Shown here piece after piece: positions 1 to 13,700 of a stretch of 64,000 nucleotides of DNA. The notes under the pieces are model-generated. The model ran no database searches. It was given only the letters and a program-made list of their open reading frames with translations, and was not told where the DNA came from. Numbering within the stretch: the first letter of the stretch is position 1; each line of letters begins with the position of its first letter. The stretch spans positions 12,587,834-12,651,833 of the forward strand of contig CM082579.2 in the NCBI GenBank assembly GCA_040954595.2, given 5' to 3'. This stretch comes from Balanoglossus misakiensis (taxonomy: Eukaryota > Animalia > Hemichordata). The position numbers and the translations under genes were made by a program.

Positions 1-835
1 ACCTTCTGCCACACTGCATGGCCATCAAATTATTCCGCAAACGTGTACGCACCAATAACACATGTTTGATCCAAGCAGGACGCAGGCTATTCATGCCAAT
101 CTGGTTTGGTAGAAATCACACAAAATACCAACTAATTCAATCCTGGGATGAGTTTGATAGAATGAAGTACCCACCTGAATTGTGAGAAATTCTAGAGAAG
201 TATGAATCACTTTCTAGGTCAGGTATTCTGAGTGCTCATCAGGGTACTGATATTGTATTGGAAAGATTTAACAAGGATGTGAAAAAGTGGATTGTAGGTC
301 AGGCAATTTATAAAACCTGGGAAAAAGTTATTGCTAATCACATGACACCTTGCGCCAATTGCGTTAAAAGTTGCAGAATGATCTCCATCTTCCAAACACT
401 GAAAAACGGCAACATCGCTATCAAAGCTATGAAAATGAGTTGACAAAATGTAATGTTGTTCTTCGGGATGCACAGTATTTCAAACCAACTCCAGGAAGAC
501 ACCTTGTCTCAGTAACTGGCCGTAAACTCTCTCAAGATCTCATGAATCTGTGCACAACAGGAAAGGTTAAACAGAGAGACATGATCAGAAATTATTTTAT
601 TGAAAACATCTATCCAGGGAGGAGACCCTTATGTCCACCTGTCTATGTTACCCCAGAGGAGAAAGAGTATTATGAATCTGATCAAAGGAAAACAAAACAA
701 CAATTATTAGACGAAATGGAGGTACTTCATTCTATCATGCCACAGTGTTACATTGAAAATGTCAAGAAACACTCTCTAACAAAGTCAGAAATACTCAGCA
801 TTCTGAAAGACCTGCGAAGTATTATTGAAATTTAA
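1..835 (+). pseudogene. Disrupted transposase-like ORF (DUF6589/Academ-like C-terminal part, tentative)
   Basis: Reads ...LFMPIWFGRNHTKYQ...PEL*EILEKYESLSRSG...HQGTDIVLERFNKDVK, then frameshifts into 371-835. The HxxY and SG..D..LE..NK..K pattern resembles DUF6589-type proteins from memory. Confidence 0.45.
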
Positions 836-1140
836 TTGGAAACACCTTGTTTCATAGTTTCTGAGTAGTTGTAATTTTTTTTCTTTTTCTTGTCTGCGAG
901 GTTACCAGAAGCCTTGGTTTGATTCAACTTGTTTGCAATAATACTTCACCAATTTACATATGACTACCCATTTTAGTATTTGCCAGTCAGGTAACTTGTC
1001 AAAGCAGTATTTCTCAGGAAATGGATAACATTGATTTACATCCTTGATTGTTTCAAGATTGCAGTGCCATTACCTTTGACACTGTCCTTACTGTCAAGAG
1101 AATACCATTTGAGATACAAAATTACAGACAACTCTGAAAA

Positions 1141-1141
<1 letters not shown>

Positions 1142-1233
<92 letters not shown>
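1142..1233. repeat. (TA)n microsatellite
   Basis: About 46 TA units read directly. Confidence 0.98.
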
Positions 1234-1237
<4 letters not shown>

Positions 1238-1557
1238 AAACATATTAACTTTTATTTATATAACATGTATGTTGAACTTCAGTAGAAAAAAAGTTTAACA
1301 TGTCTTTGGTTCAAGAAAGTACTATCTGTCCAGTAGTACAAAATGTACTTCATCAACAGTGAAAACACTTATCGACTACAGAAAAAAAAGTTCAGCATTT
1401 ACTAGAAATTTAAGTAGAAGGTTTTTAGTAGGATAAATATGTGAAATGTTTAGGTTTCAAGAGTACTATCTGTTGAGAGGTGCAACATGTACTTCACCAA
1501 CAATGAGAAAACTTATCAACTACAGAAAAAAATTGTTTCTATTTATTGGAACTTCAG

Positions 1558-2670
1558 ATTATATTTCTTTAAGGTATTTTTATGAGAAAGATACCTTTGT
1601 TACATTTTAAGTTTCAAGAGTACTATCTGTCCAGCAGCACAAAAAGTACTACAGCTACAGGGATAAAAAAATTACTACAGTTTATATTTCTTTAAGGTAT
1701 TTTTATGAGAAAGATACCTTTGTTACATTTAAAGTTTCAAGAGTACTATCTGTCCAGCAGCACAAAAAGTACTACAGCTACAGGGATAAAAAAATTACTA
1801 CAGTTTATATTTTTTTAAGGTATTTTTATGAGAAAGATACCTTTGTTACATTTAAAGTTTCAAGAGTACTATCTGTCCAGCAGCACAAAAAGTACTACAG
1901 CTACAGGGATAAAAAAATTACTACAGTTTATATTTCTTTAAGGTATTTTTATGAGAAAGATACCTTTGTTACATTTAAAGTTTCAAGAGTACTATCTGTC
2001 CAGCAGCACAAAAAGTACTACAGCTACAGGGATAAAAAAATTACTACAGTTTATATTTCTTTAAGGTATTTTTATGAGAAAGATAACTTTGTTACATTTA
2101 AAGTTTCAAGAGTACTATCTGTCCAGCAGCACAAAAAGTACTACAGCTACAGGGATAAAAAAATTACTACAGTTTATATTTCTTTAAGGTATTTTTATGA
2201 GAAAGATACCTTTGTTACATTTAAAGTTTCAAGAGTACTATCTGTCCAGCAGCACAAAAAGTACTACAGCTACAGGGATAAAAAAATTACTACAGTTTAT
2301 ATTTCTTTAAGGTATTTTTATGAGAAAGATACCTTTGTTACATTTTAAGTTTCAAGAGTACTATCTGTCCAGCAGCACAAAAAGTACTACAGCTACAGGG
2401 ATAAAAAAAATTACTACAGTTTATATTTCTTTAAGGTATTTTTATGAGAAAGATACCTTTGTTACATTTTAACTTTCAAGAGTACTCTCTGTCCAGCAGC
2501 ACAAAAAGTACTACAGCTACAGGGATAAAAAAATTACTACAGTTTATATTTCTTTAAGGTATTTTTATGAGAAAGATACCTTTGTTACATTTAAACTTTC
2601 AAGAGTACTATCTGTCCAGCAGCACAAAAAGTACTACAGCTACAGGGATAAAAAAAAATTACTACAGTTT
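1558..2670 (+). repeat. Tandem array, ~123-bp unit, ~9 near-identical copies
   Basis: TTTATATTTCTTTAAGGTATTTTTATGAGAAAGATACC...GCTACAGGGATAAAAAAATTACTACAG recurs at 1681, 1804, 1927, 2050 etc.; diverged partial units upstream (~1290-1550). Confidence 0.96.
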
Positions 2671-2773
2671 AAAGGAGAGTATTGAATTTTATAACATGTT
2701 TAAATTTGTTGTTGTTGTTGTTGTTTTAATAAAGTGTTTACTCTATAATGAAATTCCTGTTTCCCTCCATTTT

Positions 2774-3793
2774 TCATACGGCTTCAGCAATGTCAGAAAT
2801 AGCCAGTTCTTTCAGACTGGATGGAATCTCAACCCAGTATTCACAAGATAGTATAGCACCACCACCTTGTCGGTCTGCCCTGTCCATCTTTTTGTACTTT
2901 TGTCTCGCGTCAGGTACTTTGCTAATTGACACTTGGCCTGAATAGTGGCTGCAAGACAAGAAAAGATGAACCAGAGTTAATATGGATTTCCGATCACAAA
3001 TTTGCATTTATTTATTCACTCGTGGCCATATTCTGGGCAATTACTGCACCACTCATGTTACTTGATGAGCTCAGTTCCCTTATGTATAAATACACAATCA
3101 TAATCTGCATATCATTCCTTCTCATGGATTGCTAAAACTCAAGTACATTTTTAAAAACTCTTTTGCCCTTACCATGTGATCGATGCACCCTGGTCAATTA
3201 GCTTGAACATAGCATCACACAAGTTTGCTGGGACTCTGCCAACCTGAGCTTCTGCTATCCCCTTGACAGTCTGCACTGACAATGATGTGGGATATTAGGG
3301 GTTCCCTTCTTGTTTTACCAACATCGGCACATCAGGATGAGGTCTTATATGAAAGTAATGATATCTGTGAAGGACAATTGTCATCTATCAGAGTCAACAT
3401 CTCTGATACCATTATCTCAAAAGAAAAATTGGTGAAATATACTAGATAAATTGGATTATGACGTACCAATTGACTGTGCTCTTCACTTTAATTATTTCAG
3501 TGTTCATGCTTGAATGTTTCTGACAAACAAATAAAAAAAATGCGAATCATTTCCATGTGCATGCTGAGAGAACTGCACAGATATGTTTTTGGAAGGAAGT
3601 AATGGTCATTAAGCCATGCAAACCAGGTACTGATCGATGAAGTGTCAATGATGTCGACATCACACTGAATAAACCCAATTGACGAACTGTATATATACCA
3701 ACGTAAAATATCGGCGAGAATTTTATGAAGTACAAGCTTTTCCGTGTCTCCTCCGTTGTACGTGCGTTCATCTTGTATACATCGATCGTACAC
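2774..3793 (-). pseudogene. Degenerate spliced ORF, HIRAN-like transposon accessory protein (tentative)
   Basis: Exon ending 3675 (…WYIYSSSIG, GG|GT) joins in phase to an acceptor at 3364 giving GYHYFHIRPHPDVPMLVKQEGNP; later QVGRVPANLC and GGGAILSCEYWV; several stops and frameshifts. Confidence 0.35.
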
Positions 3794-4562
3794 AGTTTTG
3801 CTCCATGTCCATGACGTTGATCTGCACTAGATGGTCGGGTGCCGCTCCGTGTGTGAAAACTTCGCTTGTTATTGACAGCTAACATTTATCTAAAATTGCC
3901 AATGAGGGCTTGATCAAAGACAATAAAATAACAATGAAAACCGCTTTCCTGAATATCAGCAATCAGATCAGAAAGACGGAGAAGAAACAGTGCACAAACA
4001 CATTAAAACGTCGCGCGGCACTTGCACTTGACTTCAGGTCATCGGACTACTCATTAATATGCGCACGCATCTGATTGGTCACTTCAATAAACTTTCAGTA
4101 CCTTTGACCCTATGTGAATATTAATGAACACTTCCATATATAGGGATCTGGGAGAGTGATTTTCCCAGTGCAATTCTTGGGTTTTTGTTTCCTTGTTTTT
4201 GTGCTCCAGTGAGAGTTGGTTAGATGTAGTGTGAGGCGACAGCGTCAAAAAACCACGTCGCCGTTCCCTACATGTGATTTTAATCAGATTGTTAGGTGGT
4301 ATGCTATCTGATGGGGTTTTGCCGCCCCAAGTCAAAAACATCAACCCATGTATATGCCCCAAACCCGACCCATTGTTATGGATTTCCTGTCAGATTTCCC
4401 GGTCATTTTACTGCCATTTTTTCTGTGGTATATGGATGATGTGTCTTTGAAGAATGGGGACAGTGATTCCATAATCTGAATGAGTGCATATTTCCTATTT
4501 TTCAGGGCCCTGATTTTCTTTTGCAACTTGGATAACTTCTTGAAGTAAATGAATACAATAAA

Positions 4563-4613
4563 CATACATACATACATACATACATACATACATACATACA
4601 TACATACATACAT
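4563..4613. repeat. (CATA)n microsatellite
   Basis: About 12 CATA units. Confidence 0.95.
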
Positions 4614-4750
4614 GTTCTAAAGGTGTTTCCATGCAAAAATGTGGGTTACATTAAGTTTGCTGAGGGTCTCAAAGTGAACATGCAAAGTTTGTCAGTCCAT
4701 TGACTAGATTGACCATTTCCGATTTAACAAATTATGTTTTCTCACAACAG

Positions 4751-7700
4751 GATTACTTCAATACACTAGTCTTTGATGCAATGCCGTTAGAGGGCAGTAG
4801 TGTGATCGATAAGGTAGGTAAAATAAGTTGCCACTATTGCAACCATGTTACACATTCTTTAGATCACTAAGTATGTCTATTTATCATATAACATGTACTG
4901 TACATTTCACTTTTTCATTTACATTTTATTCCTCTACCTTGCAATAATTCGAAAAACGTATGTTATCAAATAATTCAATATTTATTCATTTGATAATTTC
5001 AGCTTCAGACAGGGCTGAATCTAAAATTTCAGTCTCTGGTAGCAGCTCTAAGAAACCTCAAAGTTGCAGTTGAAGAATCGTACAACACCCAGTCACCTGC
5101 AGGGACTTATGAACAATGTTGTGAAGTCAGTTCCGGTCTGGAGTTAAACACTAGGTTTGGAAAAGAGGTAACTTAAAAATGTTAATAGTTCAAGTATAAC
5201 TTGCCTATAAGTGTAAATAGTTTATTTATTTTCGGTGATCATAGACGTAAACATTAATCAACACATATGCAAAGTTGAATGCCAACTTCAACACTGTAGT
5301 AAAGCTGAGACTATCTGTCTATGCAGCTCGATCCCAGCAGAGCATGTGTTAGATTGGCAGAACACTCATCATCCGGAAAATATTTATCCGATCAAGTCAT
5401 CGAAGTCATGAAAGAAAATTACTTGGCTATACCGAGTCTAAAATGGCAATACTTTGCAGACGAACATGGAATATTCACAATATATCCGGCTTCACTTCGT
5501 ACAGGTTGTTCAGGATTCGATCACAGATATAGGTTTGTATGAGTTGTATAACCGCTGAGCCTGTCGGTGTGGGATTTATAATGTATGGTTCAACTTTGCC
5601 AAAATATTGGAATCCAGTTACCTTGATTGCGTGGCTTCTAACTGCCATTGTCAGAATCCTTTGAAAGGGTAATAATGGTTGTTGTAACTGGTAACCTGCT
5701 TGTAGTTGTGGTGTTAATCAGAAGCGTTTTCAATTCATAATTTATATTAACAAGATCAAATTAATAACCGTATTTGATACCTAGAAAATTAAAGAGGAAA
5801 AAACTGCAATACTAATGTGTAAGATTTGGAAGGAAAAATATATTTGTATCCGAATATTGGATGTGGTATATTGAATGCCAAAAAAGCCTTAAAATCTGAT
5901 AACTGGTTTATCTTTTACAGACCATGGTATGTAGAAACAGCCACCCCTGAACCCAAGAATGTAGTTCTTGTAATTGATAAAAGTGGATCTATGAACGAAC
6001 ATCATGGAAGTAAGACATTGATGCAGATTGCAATTGATGCCGGGATATCAGTCCTGGGGACACTGAACCCTAGTGACAGAGTAAGTGTAATTCTAAAATG
6101 TCCAAGACTGATTCCTGTTTTTCCATAAGATAACTTTCTATTATTCCAAAATGAAATATTTTGATTTCATTACCCTGTACATCAAACCAAATCACAACGG
6201 AGTCATTAGCACACAAGTGTATGACCTCTTTTCATAAGTCTAGCGCGCTCTTGCAAACTAATGGATTTGAACTCATATCAGTTGAAAAATGGGAAAATCC
6301 CTTGATGTGATTGGACAACTTTTCCCCATTGGCCTCACTTTTAGTTCAAATTCATGATATCTGTGTGAGGGCACTGGACATATGAAAAGGGTGTATTAGT
6401 GTGGTCTCTTTCCTGGTACAAAATTTTGGGAGTGTCGATCTGTGTTATACTGCCTCTGTGAGCGTGCAGGTAGCGCAGTGTTCTCCCCAGGAATTTATGA
6501 TAAAGTAGCGAAACAGTGTTAATAATTGTTATCTTAATTAAGTTATATTGTCTTCTCAAAATTTTAAAAATAGTGGCCACTATGGGGAGATCACTGAGCT
6601 AAGCTGATCGTCAATTTGTGTATAAAACGATTCTACACATTGTATATATAAACAGCTCCTAATAGACATGTTGCAAAAGCACAGAGAGAAATTAACTTGT
6701 CTCTTACGAATAGGTTGGCGTGGTCGCCTTCTCTGACACAGCCATTACTTTAAAAGGCAGTGCAAACAACCCTGAAGATGATTATCTAGATTGTTTTGGT
6801 CAGCAATTGGCGCAGGCAACAGCACTTAATATTGGCCATCTCAAAGACTTCACACGGTCATTGAGACATGCAGGTAACACAGTGTTGTTTCTCGACAAAT
6901 CAACAATTTATAATTCATAAAAGTAACATTCTGGTTGAAGCTTCATGAGCTGCAATCTTTTGCTTTGTTTTACGTATTTTTGTTTAGTGTATAACATTAT
7001 AATAGAAGAAGTGAGTTTTCTAGCCATTCTGAATGTAATCCTATGGAAAAGACGAATGCGCGCAGTTTCCAGCTTATGTTCTGCATGTAAAAGTCATACA
7101 GAAACTAACAAAACAAATTTATTTGGTCTCCTCTAGGTGGAACAAGATACATACATGCATTGAATGCTGCATTCGATTTATTACAAGCTAGTTCAGACTT
7201 TAGTGATGACATTGAGATAGGTAGGGAGCATTTTAATTTCTGTGTCACTGAATGAAGCCTTGTGGTTCAAAGACTCTCATTAGCAGCATGATATGTTTAA
7301 GGAAATGAAACCTCCACACTTGATGAGTAGAAAAACAAAGAGCTGTAGATTTCAAGTCTATCCAATTAAAGCCCCAATAGCTGCCACGTTTGCTGTATTT
7401 TTAATCAATGAAATATTTCAATTTTCTCCTTATCCTTAGTCGACAAAAGGCACTATTTTGAATTTACAGGGATTTTAATACATATGTGCACATATCATGA
7501 TAGCTATTTATTTTTGCAATGTGCAGTTGAATAAACCGGTAATATTTATAATGTAAACTAAATCAATTGACTTAAGATTGCTATTTTTCAGATCAAGTGA
7601 TACTGTTTCTTACTGATGGAGAACCAAATGAACATAAGGTCGACATCATGAGAGTGGTCAGAGCTAGAAATGAAGAACTCAACAATAAAGTCGTCATTTT

Positions 7701-10700
7701 GACCTTTGGTTTAGGATCAGGTATTTATTGAATTTATATTTACGTAACAGTACGGTATGTGTCTAAGGTGTGGGTAGTAAGTGTCTCACGTGTTGGTGGT
7801 AAGGGCCCATGTGTGATTGGTAAGGGTCAAATGTGTGGGTGATAAACATCCCTACCCATGTGTGGGTGGTAAGTGACCCATGTGTGTGTGGTGAGGGCCC
7901 ATGCGTTGGCGGTATGTGTCGTATGTGCCGGCGGTAAGGGTCACATATGTCAGTGGTAAGTGCCCCATGTTATGGTGGTAAGGGTCCCATGTGTTGATGG
8001 TAAGGGCCCATGTTTGGGTGTTAAAGGCACAATGTATTATCTTGCTTAGGTCACTTTATGCAAAATGCATTTGGGTCCAGTATAGACAAAGCTCTCCTGG
8101 ATTTTTATTTTTAGAATCACAAATACAAAGTTTTGTGTTGTGCTGTATGCTGATACGCATCAAATCTCACATCTGTTCTTTTTAAATGTCTCCAGAGTTT
8201 TTATTACCTAATCAGTTTTGGATATCTTTTAGACCAAGGTTTAGAATTCCTAGAAGATCTAGTAAATCAAGACTTTGTAAAATATGGACTTCCGGCAGAA
8301 AATTCAACAATCGGAGAAATCAAGGTAAACTTCAGTTCATTGAAAAAGTTAGAAGTTTCAAAATCCACCTTTATCTGTGCAACTTAAACTAGTAAAAACC
8401 AAACAAACTAGTGGTGGGTTATACAACTCATAACAGAAACAATAATTAAAGAATATATTTTTTGTCTTATATCTTCCCAGAAAGGAGAATACATCCATGT
8501 AGTGAACTACGACAACCTGCGGTATACAATGGCGAGATATTATAATTTCTTCTCCCATACTGAGGCCTTGAGAGATGAACCCATTTTCTCTGTTCCCTAC
8601 CAGGATGATTTTGGCATAGGTATGTCATTTATCCATCGGGTAATGACACAAATATAGCAGGAAAATCCTACTTCATATAAAATGATCAAATAGAATGACT
8701 TCAATGGCGATTATTTTGAGAATTGAAAATTCAGTAAAAGTCTTGCCAAACGAAGCTGGAGAGAATGTTTTTTTACAAATTTGTTCTAAATCACTTCTTT
8801 TTGTCTCCAGAACCATTTGAGAAGAAATAGTAATATTTAAAAATCATGCATTGAGATTGCATTACTGCTGATTCATTGTTTCTACAGCAAAAAAAACACA
8901 GTTGTACGCCCAAAACGTGAATGTGGCGAGGTAGTCCGAAATCAGAAATAACTTGATTCTTATGTTTTAAAGGTTTAATGACAACAGCAGGTCTACCGGT
9001 CAAGTATCAAGGACAATTAATAGGAGTTATTAGCGTTGATATCACAATAGAAGATCTCCTATCTGACATAACCTACTTCAGAGAGGGAGAGAAATCATAT
9101 GCATTCCTTTATGAAACCAACACTAAGGTGGAAGGCAAGTTCCTTATCCAAAATACAGATCTTTTCACAAACCCCCCCCCCCCCTGTGCATCTTCTTGAA
9201 CTACAATAATTCACAAAAGAGCCGTATGTTTTGCTTAACACTTTATATGGTAAAGGCGATAATCGTCTCATGTCCATGAGCATAATTGTGTGTGTACAAA
9301 CATTATCTCCAATCTAATTGTTCTGCAAATTTTGCCATTTAAATGGTGGACTACTTCCTTCGCTTCTTTCCATATTTCATTCCCACTATATAAGTATGAT
9401 AGACTTTAGTTTTGTCCCTTCTTTTCGCCCAATTTGCTGTTTTTTTCCTGTGTAAGACAATCATCACCCTTTAAGAGTTTTTTTTTCTTTTCTTGAAAAA
9501 GGCCGGACTCTAATGCATCCTTTGCTACCAGCTCCCATTGACATCAAAGACGACCCTGTCTTTGTTCACGTGACATCTTTGGAAAGGTCGGACGAGTTTA
9601 ACAATATCATATTCGCCAATTCCTCAAGGTAGGCGAGATAAGACAATGTTATACATAATTACCACCTGCACGATTCTCTTCAATTAATTCATAGGTTTAA
9701 AGTCTAAAAAAGTTGAACCCATGCTGATTGAGTCACCCATAGCAGTGAAGTTGATTTGTAGTTAGTTTTGTCGGTTTTTAGAACCATAGTAGAGAATTAT
9801 CCACGGGATGGATTGGCAAATTCGTATGATATCTATTCAGAATTCTGCATGTACTCTCAAATATATTGTACACATGTAGCTTCTAAAACATTTTGAGATA
9901 GATGTATAAAGTCTACTTGTATTTTTATGGTCTGGCAGGCAAACTTCAGGACAAGCCACATTCACTTCACATCGGTCTTTACCACGCGGCAATTCTGTCA
10001 AGGAAGGAGTGCGCACAACCGCGGTTTTGTCAACCTACTATTGGAAACACGTAAGCTGGTTATTGAGCAGTCTTGGTAGCGGGTGGTGTTTTATTTAGCT
10101 CAGCCATAATATACTCACGAGTACAGGGGACTCAGTGAGTGTTTGTGAGCATGTGTACATTATATTATATGTGCATACAAATATATGTTGTTGCCGATGT
10201 GATACGTTATAGGCTGCCTACTTAGCAGTAACACCTTAGTTGATGGTATGGATAGTTGCTTAGTGTAATATCAAACATGGGTGTAGTACTTTAAATGATG
10301 ATTTACACATGAGTAGACTGTAAAGATTTTGCCAAGGATAACTGTTATTTACCAATTTCATATACATCAATTGTAAATGTTAGTTGAAATAACATGGTTC
10401 TAAGAAAACATATTATTTCAGTGCTAAAACGTTTAATGTTCTTGCTATTGGCACTTTAAAATAATTTTTTTTTTTTTCACTCAGCATCTTTGTTTTCCCG
10501 TTTTTGTTTAGGTCATGGGAGCCCCGTACATGGTTTGTTTAGTAGTTGCAGTGGGCGATTACCAGCCTTCTCTGAGAGAGCGCCCTCCATCGGGTAATGA
10601 TGTACATTGAAAGCTAACCGTCATTTACATATGTACCATAATAGTTTTTTTTTCTGTTGTGAGATGTTTATGTTGAATTAATAGTAATAATAATTATTGT

Positions 10701-13700
10701 TGAAGGGTTTTTATCTCAATTTGTAGCAAAAAAAGTTTTCTATAGAAACAACATACAGTATTACAATTTTATAATGTGTGCTTAGTTTAATTAATATGAA
10801 AATGTAGTCAAAACTGTTGTTTTGTGTTGTTTACATAGAGATATAAGTATAAACATGTGCACATGTACATGTTCTACATAAACGTACAAACACCATTAAA
10901 ACAAAAATACATAACATTAGCAGGTAGGTCCCAATGTCATGGAACTTTATATAGCTTATGGTGAGAATTCACACATATATGCAATTGGACAATTAATAAT
11001 GTTTTATCAAACAATGGCTTATTTGCATACTCATAACTCAGATTCATTATGTTTTTCTTTGCAACTAGAAACCCTACACCACGTTTGCTATTAGGCATTC
11101 AAAAATTACAATTAGTTTCTTTGTCAAAGAAACTTACCTGGTTGTAAAAGTGTGAGCATCGCACAGCAGTAATTTAAATGCATCTGTACTTCATTTGACC
11201 CAGGTCACGACTTCCTGTATCACCGTCTTGATCTGTTACAGCCAACTTCGTCATGCCGTCATTTCAATAGACATGCAACAACAGGTACATTAATAGCTGT
11301 GTTTTGAATAGCATCTGCCTCAATATTAAAAGTGTGCTCCTGGCAGCTAATTCGCCACCTATCTCAAAATGTGACACGACTCCAAAATGTTTTTGTATGA
11401 TTATTTGTCATAAAAAGATGTTGGATTGCTACTATGTTTGAAGATAAATGATTCACTTAACAGAAACCCATAGTTTCGCAATGTTTGGAAGAGTCCCCGA
11501 CTTAATAGACGGCTTGTATACAGACAACTGCAATATTTGTCATTAAAGCCCCATGAGTTGCAACTTTTGAAAAATTATCATTAAATTTATTTTCAAATTG
11601 TACAAATATTAATCCATGGCAATTTTGTATCAATGAATTCATTGTGTTATAATATGTGTTATTCCATTCCAGCCCAGTCAGCTGTCAAATTTGCTCCGAA
11701 CGCATTTTTATATCCCGTCAGCTACGTGGAATTGGAAGAAACTCGCGACACTGTTGAACAATATGCAAATTACATGAATGATGCAGACGGAATTAATCTC
11801 CATTTCAAGGTTAGACTTGAGTAAACGTATGAAATGTTGCAGTTAAACTATAGAAGTCAAAAAGTATTCAAATATAGTATTCATTGCAACTCTTTAAAGC
11901 ATTTTGCTACATGAAGATAGTGCACATACCAGCGTGAAACAATATTGTTGAGATAAGGACAATGGCAAAGGCAGCCAACAATAAACTATAATCTCGTCAC
12001 ACACAAATATAGGCTATGTGTATATCTGAGACAAGGAAATGATGTGGCATCATATTCAATTTACATATCCAACAGTGTTTATAAAAAAGAATTAAAGGCC
12101 ATCGATCAAAATAAAGACATTCCTCTTCAGAGCAAAGTGAAACACATGGAAGAAATATGCTCCCTGACAACCTTGCCATGACAATGGAACTACACCGATA
12201 TGTCTTTCTGCAATTAAGTGGATCGATTCCTTCTTCTTAATTCTTTAACCAGGATGGAATTAAAGCTATGGTAACTGCCACAGCAAAAGTCAATGACATC
12301 TGGCTAAACAGTGACAGCAAATATGAAGCCTTCACACCGTTTCGTTACATCGGCAGCGAAAACGGCGTTTTCCGTATATTTCCTGGTGTTCGTATGAATG
12401 AATTGTATGATCCTACAGTCCGGCCGTGGTGAGTAATCATTTTAATATTGCTGTTCTGAAACGAGAAGCTTTGATTTATATGCTCCAACTGTATACCATT
12501 TGTTTTAATGATAAATATAGCTGTGAACAGCAATAGGCGGGTTTCGAGACACTGCTAGCCCTATTGGTTCGACTGGAGATAGATATGTGCATGGGGCAGG
12601 GTGTAGGACTGCATTAGTTGTTCCATCACTCCAAATGCCAAGGGTGTATGTGCTTTGGATGCTCAGATATGGGAAAGTAGGTCAAAGGTCACTTGAGGTC
12701 ACCCTAAATATGAGCAGAAAAGTTTCACACTGTACTGGTCCATGTCCATTAAAAACCAGACCTCTGGCCCTATTGGTTAATCTGGAATTAGGTATGCACA
12801 TAATTAATGAGTTAGGCAGGTGTCATAGGTGACCCCAATATTTTGCTTTTCATTAAGGTCCAAACCCTCCAAACGCGAAAAGGCTGTTCCTGCTCTGGAT
12901 GCCGAGATATGTGAAAGTAGGTCAAAGGTCACCCAAGGTCACCCAAAATGTGGGCAAAATAAATGACCCCATACTGGTCCATATTCAACAAAAAACAGAC
13001 TTGTAGCCCTATTGGTTTGCTTGGAATTAGGTATGCACATAATTAATAAGTTATACACAGGTGACCCCAAAATGTGGCTCTTCAGTATGTCCCCATCCGT
13101 CCAAACACCTATGATGTACCTGCTCTGGATACCGAGATATGCGAAAGTAGGTCAAAGGTCACCCTAGGTCACCCAAAATTTGGGCAAAACATTTGACCCC
13201 ATACTGCACTGGTCCATGTCCAACAAAAACCAGACCTGTAGCCCTTTCGATTTGCCTGGAATTAGGTATGTACATAATTAATGATTTAAGCAGGTGTCAC
13301 AGCACAGGTGAGCCTAAAATTTGGCTTCTTATTTTGGTCCTATGCTGCACACTGGCCAATAGGACCATTGCACCGACCACAATACTACAAAATGATGCGG
13401 GCATAGCTTAAAGTGGAACGTTGTGATCCGTTTTTGAGCCAATTCTGCGAAATGCGATTAAAAAGTACTATGAAAAACGTTGGTTTCATTCACTTTCATT
13501 TACGCATAACAGAGCTACAGCCAGCCAAAAACTGCGCGAACCCGGAAGTGAGTGACGTCAGCAACTTGTAGTACTGTTGTCCGCTGCCGACGCGTTGGAG
13601 CGAGCTTATGCTTATACACGCCTGCACTCACGCGACCGACGACGTTAGCATGGCAACATATTCTCGGGTAGTAGGCTACAATTTTGAACCAGAGATTCCC

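Larger units (their letters stand above)
1..4160. mobile_element. Right part of a large degenerate DNA transposon (transposase-like relic, internal tandem array, terminus ...GGAGAGTGAT)
   Basis: 3575-4160 is the reverse complement of 62352-62940, the end of a TIR-bounded element; homology stops at 4160. Contains a broken ORF (1-835) and a minus-strand relic. Confidence 0.65.

Noticed and set aside
1031-1285. ORF with YIYIYI run (likewise MYVC at 4341-4613 and HTHT at 38591-38788)
   Set aside because: Translations of microsatellites.
1558-2670. CRISPR-like periodicity
   Set aside because: Whole 123-bp units repeat with no unique spacers, there are no cas genes, and the context is eukaryotic.
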